From Phoronis australis (taxonomy: Eukaryota; Animalia; Phoronida), in contig NMRA01000305.1 of assembly GCA_002633005.1 (NCBI GenBank), positions 212,772 through 276,771 of the forward strand: a stretch of DNA of 64,000 nt, in the 5' to 3' direction. The notes below the pieces were generated by a model. The model was not told the origin of the DNA. It did not search any database and was given only the letters and a program-made list of their open reading frames with translations. Position numbers and translations under genes: made by a program. Within the stretch, counting starts at the first letter, position 1. The number at the start of each line of letters is the position of its first letter. Shown one piece after another: positions 59,201 to 64,000 of this stretch.

Positions 59201-62200
59201 ATTTCCTTCTTCCTGTAAGTTTCTCACAATCACATGACATGATGATTGTACAGTAAATGACAAAAGTAACCACCAGACAAAACACTGTTTCCACAACATG
59301 ACAGCTTGTAGCAAAAATGACTAGTACTGGCAGTTATGGCAGTAAATTTCTAATTACGAAATGATTTAGCTACCTTACCAACCTTCTTGTAAAGTACTCT
59401 GTTTTCATATTTTTATTTTGCTCTAGCATGATAATTACATGTCACATAAAACAATTCAGTATACATCGTTTATAAAGAATAACATTAAATCATTAGTCAA
59501 CAAGAACCGTATTTCCTTCAGGATGTAATTTCATAAAGTTGATGAACAATTGGAAATTGAGGTTTTTTAACAAACTTTTGGCTAAATATATAATTTTTTG
59601 CTAGCATGATCAACAGATTAATGTTACGATTTTCCAACTGAATGTTTCCCAAAAAACAAACAAGAGCAACGCAGAGCGTTGAAATGCGCCCACAATTGCA
59701 CCGCATACGGTATCCTTCTAGGGTTGTTTATTGGTACCATAAAGTGGCCAGTAGAGGGCATATATGTAGTATGTTGTACTTTGCAAAATGGAAAGGCATG
59801 GTCCTTGTATCCTCAATAGGCTAGGGGCAAAATGTGAGTAATCTTTATAATACAAGCACATCCTATACACCAGTTGCTTAAAGCACCACAGAAACATAGA
59901 ATTAAAAACAAATTTACCAACATACGAGATTAGCACAGCATTAGAATGCCAGAAACAAATTTCTACTTGGAACTTTTCCTTCANNNNNNNNNNNNNNNNN
60001 NNNNNNNNNNNNNNNNNNNNNNNNNNNNNNNNNNNNNNNNNNNNNNNNNNNNNNNNNNNNNNNNNNNNNNNNNNNNNNNNNNNNNNNNNNNNNNNNNNNN
60101 NNNNNNNNNNNNNNNNNNNNNNNNNNNNNNNNNNNNNNNNNNNNNNNNNNNNNNNNNNNNNNNNNNNNNNNNNNNNNNNNNNNNNNNNNNNNNNNNNNNN
60201 NNNNNNNNNNNNNNNNNNNNNNNNNNNNNNNNNNNNNNNNNNNNNNNNNNNNNNNNNNNNNNNNNNNNNNNNNNNNNNNNNNNNNNNNNNNNNNNNNNNN
60301 NNNNNNNNNNNNNNNNNNNNNNNNNNNNNNNNNNNNNNNNNNNNNNNNNNNNNNNNNNNNNNNNNNNNNNNNNNNNNNNNNNNNNNNNNNNNNNNNNNNN
60401 NNNNNNNNNNNNNNNNNNNNNNNNNNNNNNNNNNNNNNNNNNNNNNNNNNNNNNNNNNNNNNNNNNNNNNNNNNNNNNNNNNNNNNNNNNGCCACTAGGA
60501 GGCGCCACAGTAGTCGAAATCGTCGGAAAATCATCGTCAACCGTCCTCTACATAGTAAGCATATACATGCCAATTTTCACAATCATCCTTTGAGCGGTTT
60601 GGTTGATAGAGGGGTGGACGCACAAAAACAGATTCGAAAACACTAAAAATGGCCACTAGGTGGCGCAAACTATGTCGAATCCATCTGAAAATGGGAGGAT
60701 AGCGTCATCTCACTAACAGGTGCCTACATACCAAATTTCATGAAAATCCGTTCAGGACTTTTGAAGATACAAAGGTAAGCGTAAAAAACTAAAATTGCCA
60801 CTAGGGGGCACACCGGTAGTCGGATCCGTCCGAAACTTCGCACATGCTGTCCCATTCATGAATGGAATATATGTGCCAAATTTCATGAACGTATGTCAAA
60901 GGGTTTTGGAGATAGAGCAGCGGACGCCGGACGCCAGACGCCGGACGGACGCCGCCCGGACGGACGGACAGAGATGACGGCATAATGCGTCCACATATAA
61001 ATATGTGGGCGCATAAAAACACTGCTATCTTGTCCACATGAAAATTTACATATGTTTGTTTTAACCACTCAGCAAACAGGAGCCAGAAACTGAAGACAAG
61101 ACGACATTCCCAAATGAGATGGAGAAGTTTCACTGTGTTCACCACAGAAAGAGCATAGATCACTTGTTTTTATTTTAACTTTATATAAATAATTATTAGT
61201 TGGTAATATTCTACGAATAAAGGGGTATTGAAACCAACGCAATTTTGTATCTTTTGTACAATTGAAGGGAAGTTTATTTACTTTTCTCCACCACGTATCA
61301 GAGTCACTAAAATTTATATTATTTATAACACGGTTTATATCTATCTCAGATGACCACTTGTTTTTATATTTACAAGCTGTCTGAAGTGACTGCACTAAGG
61401 TGTCATAAATATTTACCCCTTGTGATTTATCATGTAAAATTTTATAAATATAACTTAGAAAATTTAGAGTATTGGAGGTTGAAAGTTATAACTATTACAG
61501 AGTTGTTCGTATGACATAAAAGAACCTTCAGCAAAAAACAAATCACAAACACGGTAGACTCCCCTTTCATACCAGGTCTTGTAGAAAATAGATTTTCTAC
61601 CAACTTTAATCTTTGAATTATACCACAGGGGAGAGTAAATAATTTTTTCATTTTTGTCACAAATTTGAAACAGGAGCACAACATCGCTTAAAACTTCCTT
61701 CCAGAACAGACTGTCGGTTCCTTCAGCTATTTTTTAAGGAAAGCATCTCCCATTTTAAAAAAGTTATCAACTTTACAACCCAAAACTGCCTCTGCAAGGT
61801 CACGTATGGTATTTGAGGTGAATAGTTTACGAAGCCACGATATTTTCAAAGACTTAATAAAAAACCTAACATGAACCATTTTTGAACCACCATGATCCTG
61901 ATTCTGTAAAATTTCATTTCGGATAACTCTGTCATTCTTCCCATTCCAAATGAAGCCAAAGAAAACTCACTCTAATTCTTGAATCATGTCAATGGAGGGG
62001 CTAGAGAGAGATTGAAGCAAATGAACAATCTTGGGCAATGAAAGTGTCTTAACCACGGTTATTTTACCTAAAACAGTAAGAATTCTTCTTGACCAAGAGC
62101 CCACCATTTTCTTAATTTCCAAAAGCCTGCAACTATAGTTAATACCCAGCACTGTATTATAATCAGTGGAGAAGTTGATTCCCAAAAACATGAAAGGTTT

Positions 62201-63892
62201 GTTGGTCTATAACAGGTTCTCATTGACAAAGTTTTTCGTCATAGTCTTTTCTTGAACCAATCCAAACACATCTTATTTGTAAAGTACTCTTAATTCTCAG
62301 GCATGATGGAAGGCCACTCAGCTGATGGAATTAGCTTCAACCCAGATTATACGATAAGACATGCATACGCGTAATTTGACACTTAGTTTTGTTGATTTCA
62401 GAGATAATGTTATAATTTTGTTTCCTAAACTGAAGGTAGATAGTAGTGAGAGTATGTTAACGTTTCCTCAAATTCGAACAAAGAGAATGGCCAAAATAGT
62501 CATTATTTCATTTTCAGACACTCACTGTATTGCTAAAAATGTTCAAAATTTCATCGTACCTTCGTTTATGATAGCCATACTATACAAAGCTTTCGAATAA
62601 TCAGGTAAAATTGTCTTCTTGTTTACTCTTGTTAAAAATGTTGATCAAATGAAATTTTACTATAATTCCGCCATATTATAATCTAATTTGAAGAAACTAC
62701 AGTACTTAGCTAAAACTAAAAAGTATCATCACAGCGTGCATCAGAGAAATTCGTGTTACGCAGCAATAGAGATGACAACATCGACTATGGGAAGAATGCG
62801 GAGCCAAATTTTATACTTACATAAGGGTCATAATCCTCCAGATTGTACTGTTTGAAGAACTTATGATAAATGGTGCATGCTGTAGCTAGAGGCACTGATG
62901 TCATGTGTAGTTTGATAGCTGGAGAAGATTAAGACAAATATAAGACATTTAGGAAATGGAGTCTTAAGAACTCTTCAGTCCAGTTTGAATGATCTCGAAT
63001 GAAATTTTCATTTTTCAGCAATGAAACAAATCTACTGACAGAAACTTCTACAATGGAGAAATTTTGGGCACGCTGAGATTTGAAATAGAGGTTTCCTTGA
63101 CCTGATGCTACTGACAGCCAATAAATGCATCGTACGAGGTATTGTGCAGAGGTGTGAGGGCTAGATGAGTCAACTTCACTGCTCCTTTTGAGACCAATTG
63201 TAAGCAGATTAACATACACCACAATGGCATTACATAGAGAATTATATAATAGTTCATACTACAACCACTAGGTGTCTCTGTAGCTAGCTTCCCACCATTG
63301 TCTTAGTGACTACACATTGATACTACATAGAGATAGGGATTATCACCTTTTCCACGAGTATTCACTTTATATCCCGTTTATAGTACATGCCATTACCCTT
63401 AAGCTATACAGTAAGCATTCTCTTTACTTGTACTTCTAGCTCTCCATCATTCTTTCAATAAAGGTTGAAAAGAAATGACGAATGTTTATCTATTACATGC
63501 CTTTCTATAGCTGCAGTAACCACAAATTCTGTCAGGTAAAAATTAAATTTGGTCTGTCCATCATGGTGACCATTTATATTCATATTATAATGCAATAATT
63601 CTTCCTTAATTATACAGCGGTCATTCTAATTAAAAAATTTTTCTTTCATGTTGCATTAACACTTCCGCAGTGTGACAATAACTGAATTCCAATTTTATAA
63701 TTTGATAAACAAAAACACATGCCTAAGTCCCAAAAAAGAGCTTTTTAATAAAAAAAATTCTTTAAGGGCCCAAGGGACGCTGATGTCGTAAGTACGCACT
63801 TCGATTTGAACACTGTATTTGCGATCCTTACCACATTCACTAATGAAGCGAATTACTTTGAAATGAAGAAAGGCGTCTCTGTTAATCTCCAT
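56289..63892 (-). CDS. CCNQ: Cyclin Q (FAM58A/cyclin M), CDK10-activating cyclin, 232 aa, 6 exons
   Basis: Exons 63892-63832, 62918-62821, 58961-58876, 58036-57904, 57173-56943, 56378-56289; sum 699 nt. Motifs [92 protein letters not shown] are diagnostic of CCNQ. Confidence 0.95.
57183..57550. repeat. Degenerate ~40-bp minisatellite (~9 units) abutting the acceptor of CCNQ exon 5
   Basis: Unit approximately CATGAACAAYSTAGGTTACAGGGACTGAGTATGATCAGAC. It starts ~10 bp from the AG at 57175-57174. Confidence 0.85.
59405..62215 (-). mobile_element. 5'-truncated, decayed L1/Tx1-clade LINE (ORF2 C-terminal region with zinc knuckle) in CCNQ intron 2, interrupted by a nested insertion
   Basis: Frameshifted peptides [48 protein letters not shown]; [10 protein letters not shown]; [36 protein letters not shown]. 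The frame resumes past the insertion as [18 protein letters not shown], with AATAAA near 59415 on the minus strand. Confidence 0.9.
59660..61019. mobile_element. Helentron-associated non-autonomous element (HINE / DINE-1 / pearl-like), partly in an N gap
   Basis: One end reads ACAAGAGC..ATGCGCCCAC (59684-59693). The other end has a (GGAC)-type microsatellite (~60921-60970) and the stem-loop ATGCGTCCACATAT-AA-ATATGTGGGCGCAT (60985-61014), whose 3' arm is the inverse of the 59684 motif. Internal tandem units are ~150 bp. It is inserted in an A/T run with no obvious TSD. Confidence 0.75.
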
Positions 63893-64000
63893 CTTAGCAC
63901 ACATTAGAGCAACACAGCAGCAGTCATCAGAGAGAGGCCAATACTGAAAAATCAACAAAAGAGCAGACGTGTATTAGAACAACATGAATGTACTCGTCAG

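Noticed and set aside
59941-60593. Long ORFs of 175-215 aa (similar cases at 13357-13807 and 44192-44649)
   Set aside because: Artefacts of translating through N gaps.

Overview
Intron-rich animal DNA (marine-invertebrate-like, draft assembly with N gaps), not prokaryotic, so most ORFs in the six-frame track are noise. Manual splicing (GT-AG, phase-consistent) gives five complete gene models: (1) minus-strand 11-exon CABIT-domain/coiled-coil/SAM adaptor, GAREM/Themis-like, ~631 aa, 17245->5112; (2) plus-strand 5-exon unrecognised 134-aa gene, 19470->25757, with an RFX X-box-like site upstream; (3) TMA7, minus strand, 62 aa; (4) CFAP20DC/C3orf67, plus strand, 19 exons, ~953 aa; (5) CCNQ/FAM58A (cyclin Q), minus strand, 232 aa. 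Also present: an L1/Tx1 fragment split by a Helentron-type non-autonomous element carrying CTCF-like motifs, several MITE families, minisatellites, and four N-joined tandem duplications that are probably uncollapsed haplotypes. Most notable: an ITAM-like motif plus an SH3 ligand in the cytosolic CABIT-SAM protein; five tandem arrays sitting on or against splice junctions; candidate H/ACA RNAs in TMA7 introns. All family assignments are from recalled motifs, with no database search run.
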